Counted from the stretch's first letter, positions 1 through 9,419 are shown. The stretch: DNA of 64,000 nt from Candidatus Nitrospinota bacterium M3_3B_026 (GCA_051418015.1 JBPRGF010000003.1:128001-192000), one strand, 5' to 3'. Notes: generated by a model not told the origin, from the letters alone. Numbers and translations are program-made.

Positions 1-315
1 GTGATAGCGAAGCGGCGCCAGGGCCGACAACGCCGCCCCCGAGACGCGCAACGCCAGCCAGAACCCCGCGCTTATGACAACCGCTTTCAGAACCGGCCTG
101 CCGTCCAGGAACAGCCCGTCCGTAAAGCTCATCAAAAGCCCCGCCACCGCGCCGAAGACGGCCCCGCCGGCGCCGAACGTCACAAGCAGAGTCATCGCGC
201 TCTGCTCGAACTCGAAGACGCCCGTGAGATGGTTGACCAGCATCGCCGCCCAACCGAACAGGGCGCCGGACGCGGCGCCGAGGCTGAAGCCTTTAAAGGC
301 CGATCGCATGTTCAT
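1..315 (-). CDS. Hypothetical multi-pass membrane protein, runs off the window edge; last visible gene of the cobalamin operon
   Basis: Manual translation MNMRSAFKGFSLGAASGALFGWAAMLVNHLTGVFEFEQSAMTLLVTFGAGGAVFG...; GGAG RBS 6 nt before the ATG; Gly/Ala-rich hydrophobic helices; not in the ORF track. Confidence 0.7.
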   Translation of the reverse strand, partial: MNMRSAFKGFSLGAASGALFGWAAMLVNHLTGVFEFEQSAMTLLVTFGAGGAVFGAVAGLLMSFTDGLFLDGRPVLKAVVISAGFWLALRVSGAALSALAPLRYH

Positions 316-353
316 GTTTCTCTCCATATTGAAAACATACCTCGCTCCGTCCA

Positions 354-436
354 TGTCATCCTGAGCGCCAGCGAAGGATCCCGTTCCCCCTCGCCTGAAG
401 CGTGGCGGGATTCTTCGCCTATGGCTCAGAATGACA
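354..436. repeat. GTCA-tagged REP-like inverted pair
   Basis: TGTCATCCTGAGC..GCGAAGGATCCCG / CGGGATTCTTCGC..GCTCAGAATGACA; related copies at 5507 and 62754. Confidence 0.8.
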
Positions 437-518
437 GCGAAATCGCTTCCCCCCGCTCACGACAACGGTGTTCCGCGTTTTTCAGAGTCGATCTTTCCTG
501 AACGCCCACCAAAAAACC

Positions 519-701
519 TCAGTGGCAGGGCATCCCGATGGCGTGCCGGAAATCGTGGAACACGTCGTGGGCGCCCATTATCACCGAGTCCAGCCCGAAC
601 GACACCACCACCGCCGCGAAGACCGTGGCGCAAAGGACGAGGGCGAGCGCCGCCGTCGCCTGGGTTGACGAGGTTTTCTGTTTTCCGAGGATGTTCTCCA
701 T
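519..701 (-). CDS. cbtB: Cobalt transporter subunit CbtB
   Basis: One TM helix plus C-terminal AHDVFHDFRHAIGMPCH motif; GGAGG RBS; inside the cobalamin operon. Confidence 0.85.
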   Translation of the reverse strand: MENILGKQKTSSTQATAALALVLCATVFAAVVVSFGLDSVIMGAHDVFHDFRHAIGMPCH

Positions 702-723
702 GTTCGCCTCCATTCAAAAAAGA

Positions 724-1242
724 TCAATGATGATGATGGTCGTGGTCATATTTTTCCATGTACGCTTTCGCCTCTTCGGGCGGCATGGGGACGAACTCCA
801 TCTCCCCCTCCGGCAGGGGATATTCCTCGCGCCGTCCCAGCCGGACGTCCCGGATGTCCGCGTTGCTTTCCGCCTCCTCGATCCTGCGCCGGACGATCTC
901 CACCAGCGCGTCGTCGTAGCCGAGGGTCCCGCCGTAAACGATTCTCACGCCGGGGTATTTTTTCGCCTCCCGCTGGATCATCAGCGGTATGTCCAGGACG
1001 ATGTGCAGCCCCGCGTGTAAAAAGTAGGGGATAACGATGACCCTGTCCGCTCCCTCCTTTACCGCCCTCTCCAGCGTCTCCGGCAGGAAGGGGCCGACGC
1101 GGGACATGTGGCAGGTCTCGACGATCTCCCAGGCTCCCGCGGCGGAAAGGCGCGCGGCCACCTTCTCCATGTCCTCGCTGGCGCCGTGGACCCTGCTGCC
1201 GTGGCCTATCAGTATGACGGCGGCCGCTCCGTCCCGGCTCAT
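724..1242 (-). CDS. cbiX: Sirohydrochlorin cobaltochelatase, CbiX/SirB family
   Basis: ILIGHGSR and PYFLHAGLH motifs; His-rich tail HDHHHH; ATGA overlap with the upstream gene. Confidence 0.85.
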   Translation of the reverse strand: MSRDGAAAVILIGHGSRVHGASEDMEKVAARLSAAGAWEIVETCHMSRVGPFLPETLERAVKEGADRVIVIPYFLHAGLHIVLDIPLMIQREAKKYPGVRIVYGGTLGYDDALVEIVRRRIEEAESNADIRDVRLGRREEYPLPEGEMEFVPMPPEEAKAYMEKYDHDHHHH

Positions 1243-1934
1243 GCCCCCGCCTCTTTTCCGCGCGCGGCGATGGCGGCCAGCGAGTGAAGCGCGCTCACCG
1301 CCAGGGCGCTGCCGCCCCGCCTGCCGGTTATGGTTATGAAAGGAGCGCCGGTCTCCATAAGCTCCTCCTTGCTCTCCACCACGTGGACGAACCCGACGGG
1401 GACGCCCACCACCACCGCGGGCCGCGCCTCGTCTTCCGCTATCATCCGGGAAAGCTCCATCAGCGCCACCGGGGCGTTGCCGATCAGGACGACGGCGCCG
1501 TCGAGGCGCCCGGCGGCCTTGCGGACGGCGAAAAGCGACCGGGGCAGCCCGGCCTTCCTGGCCTCCTCCGCCACGTCCGGGTCGGCGACGTGGCAGAGGA
1601 TTTTCTGTTTCGTGTAGTCTGGCCGGACGGCTTTCAGCCGCGCCTCGGATATCCCCGTCTTTATCATGTTCGAGTCGGCGTAGATGCTCGCCCCGCCGCG
1701 AAGCGCCTCCACGGCGGAGGCGATGGCGCCTTCGGAGAATTTTACGCTCTCGATGAGCGAGAAGTCGGCCGTCGTGTGGATCATCCGCCGGACGACGATC
1801 CACTCGTCCTCCGAAAAGCCGTGATCCCCCGCCTCGCGGTCTATAGCATCGAAGGACATCGCCTCGATTTTTTCGGGGGCGATGGGCGCCTCGTACAGGC
1901 CGTAGACCGACGGTCTTTTTGTGTCTTCTTTCAA
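1239..1934 (-). CDS. cobH: Precorrin-8X/cobalt-precorrin-8 methylmutase (CobH/CbiC)
   Basis: RRMIHTTADF, IGNAPVAL, GVPVGFV, GRRGGS motifs; probable TTG start overlapping the cobB stop. Confidence 0.9.
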   Translation of the reverse strand: MKEDTKRPSVYGLYEAPIAPEKIEAMSFDAIDREAGDHGFSEDEWIVVRRMIHTTADFSLIESVKFSEGAIASAVEALRGGASIYADSNMIKTGISEARLKAVRPDYTKQKILCHVADPDVAEEARKAGLPRSLFAVRKAAGRLDGAVVLIGNAPVALMELSRMIAEDEARPAVVVGVPVGFVHVVESKEELMETGAPFITITGRRGGSALAVSALHSLAAIAARGKEAGA

Positions 1935-3391
1935 ACCGCTTTTCCCTCCATCAAAAATTCCGCGAAGCGCTCCGCCGCCCCCTTCGCCGAGGCGAAGTGA
2001 AGATGGGCGTAGCTGGCCAGCGTCCCGCCTTTCGAATATCCCTCCCGTTCGGTCTCGCCGGTCCGTTTTCTCGTGAGTGTGTAGACCGTTTTCCATCCCT
2101 TTCGCCCGGCGGGGTCTTCGGCCAGCTCTGAGTAATGGAACCTGTGGCCCCGCAAAAGATCTCCGGCGCGCCCCCACAGGGTGTCCTCATTGAGCCTCGC
2201 CTCCACGTAGCCGAGGGCCTTAAAACGCTTTCGCATCCTAATCCATGCGGGCAGGACGCCCGTCATGGGGAACCGCGCGCCGTTTAACGTCTCTACCCCC
2301 TCGGAAAGATACATCAACCCGCCGCACTCGGCGTACAGCGGCATCCCCGAGCCGGCGAAGTTTTTTATGTCGTTCAGCATCGCGCCGTTGGCCGAGAGCT
2401 GTTCGGCGTTGTCTTCCGGGTAGCCGCCGCCTATGTACACGGCGTCCAGATCCGGCGGCAGGGCGCGGCCGCGCAATGGGCTGAAATAGACAATCTCCAG
2501 CCCCGCATCTTCCAGGGCCTTGAGGTTGTCGGGATAGTAAAAATGAAACGCCTCGTCCAGCGCGACGCCGACGCGCCCCGTCTTCCCGGTCGTTGGGGCA
2601 GGCTCCGCCGCGGGCGCCGTCATGGCCGGGGCGGACTCGGCGATCCGCAAAACCTTGTCGAGGGAGACCCCCCCCTCCACGGCGTCGGCGAGTTTTTCGA
2701 TCGTTTCTCTCCAGTCCGCCACGCCGTTCGCCGCGACGAGGCCGAGGCGGCGGGCGGGAAGCTTCGGGGGCGCGTCCTTCAGAACGGCCCCGGCGAGCTC
2801 CGGCGCGCCGGAGGAGGCCAGGGCGGCGGCGATAAGCCCGGCGTGGCTTGTGGAGCCCACCCGGCTTGCTATTACCCCGGCTATGTTCACCCCCTCCTCG
2901 AACTCCGCAAAACCCTTGACCATCGCGGCGAAGCTCCTCGCCGCCCCGCCCGCGTCCGCGGCGAGGATCACGGGAGCGCCCAGCCATCTTGCGATCTCGG
3001 CGCTGCTGCCCCCGGAGTTTTCAGGCCGGAGGCCGTCGAAAAGGCCCATGGCTCCCTCGATGATGGCTATGTCCGCCCCGCGGGCGGATTCGGCGAAAAG
3101 GCGCGTCACGTGCTCGCGCCCCATCATCCAGCCGTCGAGGTTGTGGCAGGTCTGGCCGGAGGCGGCCTTGAGGTATGTCGGATCCAAAAAATCCGGCCCG
3201 GTCTTGAAGGCTCTGACGCTCATCCCGCGGCGCCTGAAGGCCGCGGCGAGCCCGGCGGCGACAGACGTTTTACCCGCGCCGCTTGCGGCTCCGGCGATCA
3301 CAAGGCGCGGACACGCGGCGTGGGAGGCGTCGTCGTGTTGGATGGGTCGTGAGGCGGTCAACTGGAAAACGCTCCCGGCAAAAACTTTCAT
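1931..3391 (-). CDS. cobB: Cobyrinate a,c-diamide synthase (CobB/CbiA); start uncertain
   Basis: SGAGKT P-loop, FKTGPDFLDP, IIEGAMGLFDG, AFHFYY, GGGYPE, YAECGG. Confidence 0.92.
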   Translation of the reverse strand: MKVFAGSVFQLTASRPIQHDDASHAACPRLVIAGAASGAGKTSVAAGLAAAFRRRGMSVRAFKTGPDFLDPTYLKAASGQTCHNLDGWMMGREHVTRLFAESARGADIAIIEGAMGLFDGLRPENSGGSSAEIARWLGAPVILAADAGGAARSFAAMVKGFAEFEEGVNIAGVIASRVGSTSHAGLIAAALASSGAPELAGAVLKDAPPKLPARRLGLVAANGVADWRETIEKLADAVEGGVSLDKVLRIAESAPAMTAPAAEPAPTTGKTGRVGVALDEAFHFYYPDNLKALEDAGLEIVYFSPLRGRALPPDLDAVYIGGGYPEDNAEQLSANGAMLNDIKNFAGSGMPLYAECGGLMYLSEGVETLNGARFPMTGVLPAWIRMRKRFKALGYVEARLNEDTLWGRAGDLLRGHRFHYSELAEDPAGRKGWKTVYTLTRKRTGETEREGYSKGGTLASYAHLHFASAKGAAERFAEFLMEGKAV

Positions 3392-3467
3392 GGTTTTCGC
3401 GTGGGGCGCCGTTTTCCACCCCGGAGAGAAGGGACCCTGTCGCCCGAGGCCCTCTCGTCCCTCAAAA

Positions 3468-3640
3468 CTCTTCAGGCAAGTCTTCTGACTTCCGGATCGC
3501 TCTACTTGCCGCGCCTTCCCTTCCCCCTTTCGGGAAAAAGTGGCTCGCCGTGCGGCTTTCGTCCCCGGTCACAGCGGCGGTCCCGCGACGGATTCTCACC
3601 GTCTTCCTTATTAAGCCCATCAGGGCGCCCAAAGACCTTG
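3468..3640 (-). promoter_or_regulatory. Cobalamin (AdoCbl) riboswitch
   Basis: Minus strand has GGCGCCC..TTAATAAGGAA..CGGTGAGAATCCG..GCGG..CCGCCGCTGTGA..GCCACT..GGGAAGG..AAGTCAGAAGACTTGCC (B12 box), upstream of cobB. Confidence 0.95.
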
Positions 3641-3644
3641 GATG

Positions 3645-3672
3645 ATTATAGAATTATCCGGCGGCGAGTCAA
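3645..3672 (-). promoter_or_regulatory. Sigma70 promoter of the riboswitch/cob operon
   Basis: TTGACT-16 nt-TATAAT directly upstream of the riboswitch. Confidence 0.75.
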
Positions 3673-3777
3673 GAGATATCGGCGAGGAAGTTTCGCGCGC
3701 CGGGGATGAGAAATTTTAGGATGCGGCTGGGACGCAGACCAGGTTTAAAATGGAGCCGTGACAACCGTCATCCCGAT

Positions 3778-4752
3778 ATGCGACTGAAAAATCCCGCGCC
3801 GTGGGGCGTTTTCCGCGCGTGGCCCCTGGCGGTGTTCGCCGTCTTTCTTTTCGTGTCGGCCTCCGCCCGGGCCGCGGAGACCGGGGACGCCGGGGAGCCG
3901 GCCCTGGAAGGGCTCGAGTCATCAGCCGAGGCGGCCCATGAGAGGATATCCACGGGCGTCCTGAACACGGCGAGGTGGCTGGACTCCTTTTTCCATAACG
4001 AGATGTACAACGTCGAGGAGAACAAGACCGTAGCCGAGTTCGGCGTCTCGTCCTTCGCGGAGGAGGGCGTGGGGCCGGACCTTTCCACGAACGCCAACGT
4101 AAAGCTGGCGCTTCCCTACCTTGAACGGCGCGTCCACCTTCTCTTCGCCGGGGAGGGGGAGGAGCGGGAGGACGAGCTGGCCGCGACGGCCGAGGAGACG
4201 AGGCGGTCCGCCTTCCTGCGCTACTTCCTCCGCGCCGCGAAGGACGAGACGATAAGCGCCGACGGGGGGATGAACTTCGTCGGGTTCCGGCCGATCCTCT
4301 TCTGGCGGGCGCGCTACCGCAAGACCTATCCGCTCCAGACGATGAAAGCGCGCTTCACGCAATGGCTGAAATGGTACACAGGCGACGGCTACGAGGTCCA
4401 GACCATCTTCGACCTGGACAAGCGCCTCGGCGAGACCTATTTTTTCCGCGGCTCCCTGAACGGGAGCTGGTACGAGAGAAAGAACGGGTATTTCTACAAC
4501 CTGGCGTTCGTCCTGTTCCATCCCTTCGACGAGGACAGGGCCGTCTTCTATGAATGGAACAACGCCTTCGCCACGCTGCCTTACAACAGGCTGGAGGCGA
4601 TAACGCTGCGGGCGAAGTTCAGGGTCAGGGTGTGGCGCAAGAGGCTGGTCCTGGAGGCCGCGCCGCAGGTGGCCTTCCGCCGGGACGGTGAGTTCGAGAC
4701 CACGCCGGGGATCATGCTGCGGCTGGAGATGGATTTCGGGTACATTCCGTGA
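3778..4752 (+). CDS. Secreted protein, probable outer-membrane beta-barrel, unknown function
   Basis: Signal peptide (SARA); aromatic-rich amphipathic strands; ends LRLEMDFGYIP; start uncertain. Confidence 0.6.
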   Translation: MRLKNPAPWGVFRAWPLAVFAVFLFVSASARAAETGDAGEPALEGLESSAEAAHERISTGVLNTARWLDSFFHNEMYNVEENKTVAEFGVSSFAEEGVGPDLSTNANVKLALPYLERRVHLLFAGEGEEREDELAATAEETRRSAFLRYFLRAAKDETISADGGMNFVGFRPILFWRARYRKTYPLQTMKARFTQWLKWYTGDGYEVQTIFDLDKRLGETYFFRGSLNGSWYERKNGYFYNLAFVLFHPFDEDRAVFYEWNNAFATLPYNRLEAITLRAKFRVRVWRKRLVLEAAPQVAFRRDGEFETTPGIMLRLEMDFGYIP

Positions 4753-4866
4753 CGGTTATCGGCGGTGGCGATGACCTTCACGCTGAACATGATCCCGGCG
4801 TGACACCGTGGAACGGCGAGCGAAATTGGGGTCAGGTCTTGTATTTTGACATTTCGTATGGCCTCC

Positions 4867-5457
4867 TCAGGCTCCCGCGGCGTCTCTCAGCGCGGCCCAC
4901 AGCTGCCTTTTCCCTTCGCCGGTAAGGGATGAGTAGACTATCGGCCGCAGGCTCTCCCCCGCGGCGCCGAGGGCGGCCATCGCTTCGCGGATCCGCCGCG
5001 CCCTGCGTGTCTTGGGTATCTTGTCGATCTTGGTGAAGACGACGATGGCCGGGACGCCGTAATGCGCCAGCCATTCCAGGAGGGCCAGGTCGTCCTCGTT
5101 GGGCGTCCTGCGCGCATCGAGGATCACCACCACGGCCTTCAGGCTTTCCCGGCCCGCAAGGTAGGCTTCCACCATGTTCCCCCAGCTTTTTCTGACGTTT
5201 ACGGGAACCTTGGCGAAGCCGTAGCCGGGCATGTCCACAAAGACGAGCGTCTCGTTTATGACGAAGAAGTTCAAGAGCCTTGTCTTGCCCGGCGTCTGGC
5301 TGACCTTCACCAGCCCCTTGCGGCCCGTCAGGGAGTTGATGAGGGAGGACTTGCCGACGTTCGACCGCCCGGCGAAGGCTATCTCCGGCAGGCCCTCGGG
5401 CGGATACTGGTCATCCCTGGCGGCGGATGTCAGAAAACGGGCGGAATTAACCTTCAT
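4867..5457 (-). CDS. yihA: Ribosome biogenesis GTPase YihA/EngB
   Basis: GRSNVGKSS, TPGKT, DMPGYG, TKID. Confidence 0.95.
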   Translation of the reverse strand: MKVNSARFLTSAARDDQYPPEGLPEIAFAGRSNVGKSSLINSLTGRKGLVKVSQTPGKTRLLNFFVINETLVFVDMPGYGFAKVPVNVRKSWGNMVEAYLAGRESLKAVVVILDARRTPNEDDLALLEWLAHYGVPAIVVFTKIDKIPKTRRARRIREAMAALGAAGESLRPIVYSSLTGEGKRQLWAALRDAAGA

Positions 5458-5506
5458 CACATAACCCTTCGGGAAACCGAAGACAAAGAATCGCAACGCC
5501 TCACGA

Positions 5507-5697
5507 TATCATTCTGAGCCCCTTCGGCTACGCTCAGGGCAGGCTCCGGCGAAGAATCCCGTCCTTCACGGCAAGCTTGCACGGGATGCTTCACTGTGTT
5601 CAGCATGACATCATCGACTGTGCCTGTCATGCTGAATTTCTATCAGCGTCTCGGACAACAAGGAACGAGACCCCTGAAACAAGCTCAGAGCGCCACG
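5507..5697. repeat. Cluster of two GTCA-type REP-like inverted pairs (5507-5610; 5625-5697)
   Basis: TCATTCTGAGC..GCGAAGAATCCCG / CGGGATGCTTC..TTCAGCATGACA, then TGTCATGCTGAA..TCAGCGTCTC / GAGACCCCTGAAACAAGCTCAG. Confidence 0.75.
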
Positions 5698-5704
5698 GTT
5701 GAAG

Positions 5705-7021
5705 CTACAGAGGGTTGAAGACCAGCCCGGTGATGAGCTTGGGGTAGAAATATGTCGATTTCTGGGGCATCACGCCGCCCGCCGTGGCCACCTGGATGAT
5801 CTTCTCCATGTCCGCCCCGCCCATGAGAAAGGCGAGCCTGGCCCGCCCGGTGTCCACGGCCTCGACGGCTTCTCCGGCGTCCACGGTGTAGAAGACGGTC
5901 TTCTTGTCCGCCACCATCTCCCGGCTGATCCCCAGGACGCGCTCGAAAACGACCTCCTGCAGGATGGTGACGTCGATCTTGCGCAGCTGGGGAGGGTGTA
6001 TGTGGTCAAGCTCCGAGGCCAGGCCGATCCCGCTTTTCAGCGAAAGCAGCGCGCCCCTGCCGCCCCCCGCGTAAAAGCCCAGGCTCGGGCGCTCTCCCCC
6101 GGCCTCCCCGAGCTTTTCCATGAACGCGGCGGCGGTCCGCGGGGAGAGGTCAAAACTTTCTGAATCAAAATACTTTTCGAGCCGTCCGGGCAGGGTCCGG
6201 GTCTCCAGCCCGGGAATGTCCGCCACCAGCCGGTGAGTCGGCAGAACCGTGAACCCTTCTCCCCGGGAGTTGGAAAGATACATCATCACGTAGTCGTAAT
6301 CGGCCTCGCCCTCCGGCGGAGGGTCGGCCTCGGCGGCCCTCCGCTCGTTCCTGTAGTTCAGGGCCGTTTCGTAACGATGGTGTCCGTCGGCGATCACCAC
6401 GGGCGTGATCTCCATGAAATCCCTCGCCTTGTCGATGATCGCGTTGTCGGTGATAACCCACAGGTGATGCCCCACCCCTTCATCGTCGATGACGGAAGTG
6501 GTGGGCGAGGTCTTCATCACCCCTTCCCACAGGGCGTCGAGGGTTTTTTCCGGGTCGGAGTAGAGCCCGAAGACGGGCGAGAAGTTCATCCCGCAGGCGC
6601 GGGTGAGGTTCAGCCTGTCGGTCTTGGGCCCGGAGAGGGTTCTCTCGTGAGGGAAAACGGATTCTCCGAAAGGCTCCGCGAGCCTCCGGGCGATGAACCC
6701 GACCCGCCGCAGCCTTTGGCCGCCCGCGTCATAATCCTGGGCGTAAAGGTATATGGCCGGCGTCTCGTCCCGGACCAGCGTCCCGTCCTTTTTCCACTCG
6801 TCGAGCAGGGCGGCGGCGCGGGTGTACCTGTTGTCCGTCTCCGTGTCGGCGGCTGTCTGCCTGTTCAGTATCAGGCGTGCCACGTTTTTTGGATGGCGGG
6901 CGTAGAGCCTGTCCAGGTCCGCCGGTGATATAACGTCGTAGGGAGGCGCCAGAACCGCCCCGTCCCGCCCCACGAGGGAGGGGGTGTATCGATATCCCCT
7001 GAAGGGAGCTATTTTCGCCAT
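5705..7021 (-). CDS. DUF1015 family protein
   Basis: IAPFRG, APPYDVI, PHERT, IADGHHRYETA, MPQKSTYFYPK. Confidence 0.9.
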   Translation of the reverse strand: MAKIAPFRGYRYTPSLVGRDGAVLAPPYDVISPADLDRLYARHPKNVARLILNRQTAADTETDNRYTRAAALLDEWKKDGTLVRDETPAIYLYAQDYDAGGQRLRRVGFIARRLAEPFGESVFPHERTLSGPKTDRLNLTRACGMNFSPVFGLYSDPEKTLDALWEGVMKTSPTTSVIDDEGVGHHLWVITDNAIIDKARDFMEITPVVIADGHHRYETALNYRNERRAAEADPPPEGEADYDYVMMYLSNSRGEGFTVLPTHRLVADIPGLETRTLPGRLEKYFDSESFDLSPRTAAAFMEKLGEAGGERPSLGFYAGGGRGALLSLKSGIGLASELDHIHPPQLRKIDVTILQEVVFERVLGISREMVADKKTVFYTVDAGEAVEAVDTGRARLAFLMGGADMEKIIQVATAGGVMPQKSTYFYPKLITGLVFNPL

Positions 7022-7120
7022 CTTGAGAGCCTTCGTTTCCTCCGGGTCCGAAAATGTTTTTACGCTGGTCAATTCGAGCCTCTTCTCATACGGGCAAAGG
7101 TCAAAAGAATACCCTAAAAC

Positions 7121-9067
7121 CTACGGCCTAACAACCCGGACGGAGTGTCCGCCCGACACGAGCCGCGATATGGCCGCCCCGGCGTCCCTTTCGTCCTCGA
7201 AAGCCCCCACCAGAACCAGCGGCTTCCCGTCGTCCGCCTCGAGGATATAGGCGGATATCCCGTCGTCCGCCAGCCGTTTCATCCTGCGGCGCGCCTCGTC
7301 CATGCCATCGGCGGGATCCCCGGCTTGCAGGGCGTATGGCAGCCTCAGTATCCTGGTGTACCTGGAGATGCCTGTTTTTCTTATGCTTGAGGCGAATTTT
7401 TCGGCCTCGCCGGGGCGGCTGAACCGGTCCACGAGCACCCGGTACCACCCATCGCCGCGGCGGACGCCTCCTCCCGCCTCGAAGGCGTTGAATCCTTTCA
7501 TTCTCAGCAGGCGGACCAGCCTTTCCGCCGATTCCCGGCTTTTGTACGAGGCGACATGGGCGACATACACCATGCCCGTCTCCTCCGCTCGCTTCTTATC
7601 CTCGGCCCCGGTCTCATCCACAACCTCCCATCCGTCCCCCGTCCGGGCGAGGCGGACGGTGACAGGGCTCTCCGTCACTCCGCCGCCGGAGGCCTCCCTG
7701 CGTGTCAGGGTGGCCTCCACGGATCCGTCGCCGGTCTTTTCAAGCCTCGCGTTTTCAACGTCATACTCCACACCCCCGGCCGCTCCCCGGCGCTCCCGCC
7801 AGCCCGCGAGGGCCGCCAGCACGGCGTCGCGGTAAGGCAGCCTCGCGGCGGGGACTTTCACCTCCACGAGCGGCTTCTCCGCGCCGAGCCGCGCGCCGCC
7901 GGGGGAGGAGGGAGCGGACGGCCCGGCCGAGGCTGCCGCCTTCCCCCCGCCGGTCCATTCGGGCCACTGGGAGTTTATTATCCTCGCCGCCTTTGCCCTG
8001 GTCATGGCTGCTGCGGTTTCGTTAACCCTTGAAAAATCAAGCGTAACCCCCCTTCTCAGGCCGTGGATGTTGCCCTTTATGAAAACGTCCGGGTTCTCCT
8101 TCCACAACGCCACGACCACCTGGTCCAGATCCCCCCGCTTCGCGCCGAGCCGCCGGGCGATCCTGTAAAGCGAGTCGCCGCGTTTTACGGTGTATACGTT
8201 TTTCGAAAGGTCTGAGTGGACCGGAATCGCCCCACCGGCTGGTTTTTCAGCCTCTTGCACAGGCTCGACGCGCTCCGGGGCCGGTTTTTCGGCAATTTCC
8301 CGCTCAGGCTCGGGGGCAGGCTCTTCGGCGGGTTCTTCGGCGGCCATGGCCGGGGCCGGTTTTTCGGGCGCTGGCGCGGGTTCCGGCTCGGGTTTTTCGT
8401 GGATCTCCTTTTCAGGCTCAGGTTTTTCAGCCTTTTCCATCATCTTGCCAGGCAGCGCCTCTTCACGCAGCATGGCGCGGGTCGTCTCCTCCCGCCGCTC
8501 GGCCTGCTCCTCTTCCTCTCGTATCTTCTCAAGCAGCGATGTTTTGTCCTCCTCCTCCTCGGAGGCTTTTATGGCCGCCAGCTCCCGCGCGGCCTTTTCC
8601 ACGGCCTCCGCTTCCTCTTCCGGCGGCAGCTCCAGAGAAAGCTCCTTCTGGAAATCCATGGCGAGAAAATAGTTCTCCAGGATCGTCCCGCCGCCCAGGG
8701 AGGCTTTCAGGACAAGGTTGAAGGAGGGCAGGTTGACGGGCTCGGAGCTTGTTACCCGGATAAGCTTGACGTCCGGGTCGGAAGGATGATCGGTGATACG
8801 CAGGGAGAGGCTGTCGATTATCTCCGGGCGGCTCAGGCCAAGCCGCCGGTAGTCCGCCGCGCCCCCCACGGTCACGAAAAGACCCTCGCGCCCGCCGGTC
8901 TGGACCGTCGTCACCGCCTCAAACCGCCCTCCGGGGCCGCCGGTCACCTGTATCCGCCCGAGGGAGAAAGACTCCGCCGCCGGAACGAAAAGGAAAAAGA
9001 CAACGGCGGCAAACGCCGCGGCGGCGCCCGCCGTCCTGATCTTTGCTGCTGGCGCGGTTCTTGTCAT
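7121..9067 (-). CDS. FimV/HubP-like periplasmic protein with LysM and C-terminal SPOR domains
   Basis: Signal peptide, SLGRIQV FimV-type N-terminus, Glu/Pro linker, LysM YTVKRGDSLYRIA, ALWKENPDVFIKGNIHGL, SPOR-like HVASYKSRESA..WYRVLV. Confidence 0.7.
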   Translation of the reverse strand: MTRTAPAAKIRTAGAAAAFAAVVFFLFVPAAESFSLGRIQVTGGPGGRFEAVTTVQTGGREGLFVTVGGAADYRRLGLSRPEIIDSLSLRITDHPSDPDVKLIRVTSSEPVNLPSFNLVLKASLGGGTILENYFLAMDFQKELSLELPPEEEAEAVEKAARELAAIKASEEEEDKTSLLEKIREEEEQAERREETTRAMLREEALPGKMMEKAEKPEPEKEIHEKPEPEPAPAPEKPAPAMAAEEPAEEPAPEPEREIAEKPAPERVEPVQEAEKPAGGAIPVHSDLSKNVYTVKRGDSLYRIARRLGAKRGDLDQVVVALWKENPDVFIKGNIHGLRRGVTLDFSRVNETAAAMTRAKAARIINSQWPEWTGGGKAAASAGPSAPSSPGGARLGAEKPLVEVKVPAARLPYRDAVLAALAGWRERRGAAGGVEYDVENARLEKTGDGSVEATLTRREASGGGVTESPVTVRLARTGDGWEVVDETGAEDKKRAEETGMVYVAHVASYKSRESAERLVRLLRMKGFNAFEAGGGVRRGDGWYRVLVDRFSRPGEAEKFASSIRKTGISRYTRILRLPYALQAGDPADGMDEARRRMKRLADDGISAYILEADDGKPLVLVGAFEDERDAGAAISRLVSGGHSVRVVRP

Positions 9068-9284
9068 ATCCCCCGCCGGGACACAGGTTCAGTCTTTCCA
9101 GTCAAAACGCGGTCCTTGCTCAAAAACCGCGATCATATTTTATAGTCGCGAGGCGATTTTTTCAATATTTATATTTAAGTTTAAACATGCTTATTGGGGC
9201 ATACTTGGTTTTCGCCGTCACGGCGGCGGAATGGAAGAATTTGACTCACTTTCAAACCGGTCCACCGCCGCGCCGTCAAAAAGC

Positions 9285-9313
9285 TTGCCACGCCCGGCGG
9301 CGTCTGGTACATT
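9285..9313 (+). promoter_or_regulatory. Putative sigma70 promoter of the pyr operon
   Basis: TTGCCA-17 nt-TACATT with TG extension. Confidence 0.55.
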
Positions 9314-9328
9314 TGACCGTGACGGTTG

Positions 9329-9363
9329 TCTCTTTAAATTAGTCCGGCGAGGCTGATAAGAGC
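9329..9363 (+). promoter_or_regulatory. PyrR-binding loop RNA element
   Basis: CTCTTTAAATT-AGTCCGGCGAGGCT-GATAAGAG matches ARUCCnGnGAGGYU plus the UUUAA motif; upstream of pyrR. Confidence 0.85.
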
Positions 9364-9387
9364 GCCGTGGGTAATAATGTTTTGCCC

Positions 9388-9419
9388 CGCGGGGCCCGTC
9401 CCGGGTTCGCGTTTCTGTT
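9388..9419 (+). terminator. Putative attenuator terminator in the pyr leader
   Basis: CGCGGGGCCCG-TCC-CGGGTTCGCG stem (G-U pairs, one bulge) followed by TTTCTGTT. Confidence 0.5.

Noticed and set aside
8230..8620. Tandem repeats in the FimV-like gene
   Set aside because: This is a low-complexity Glu/Pro/Ala/Lys linker, not a DNA repeat element.
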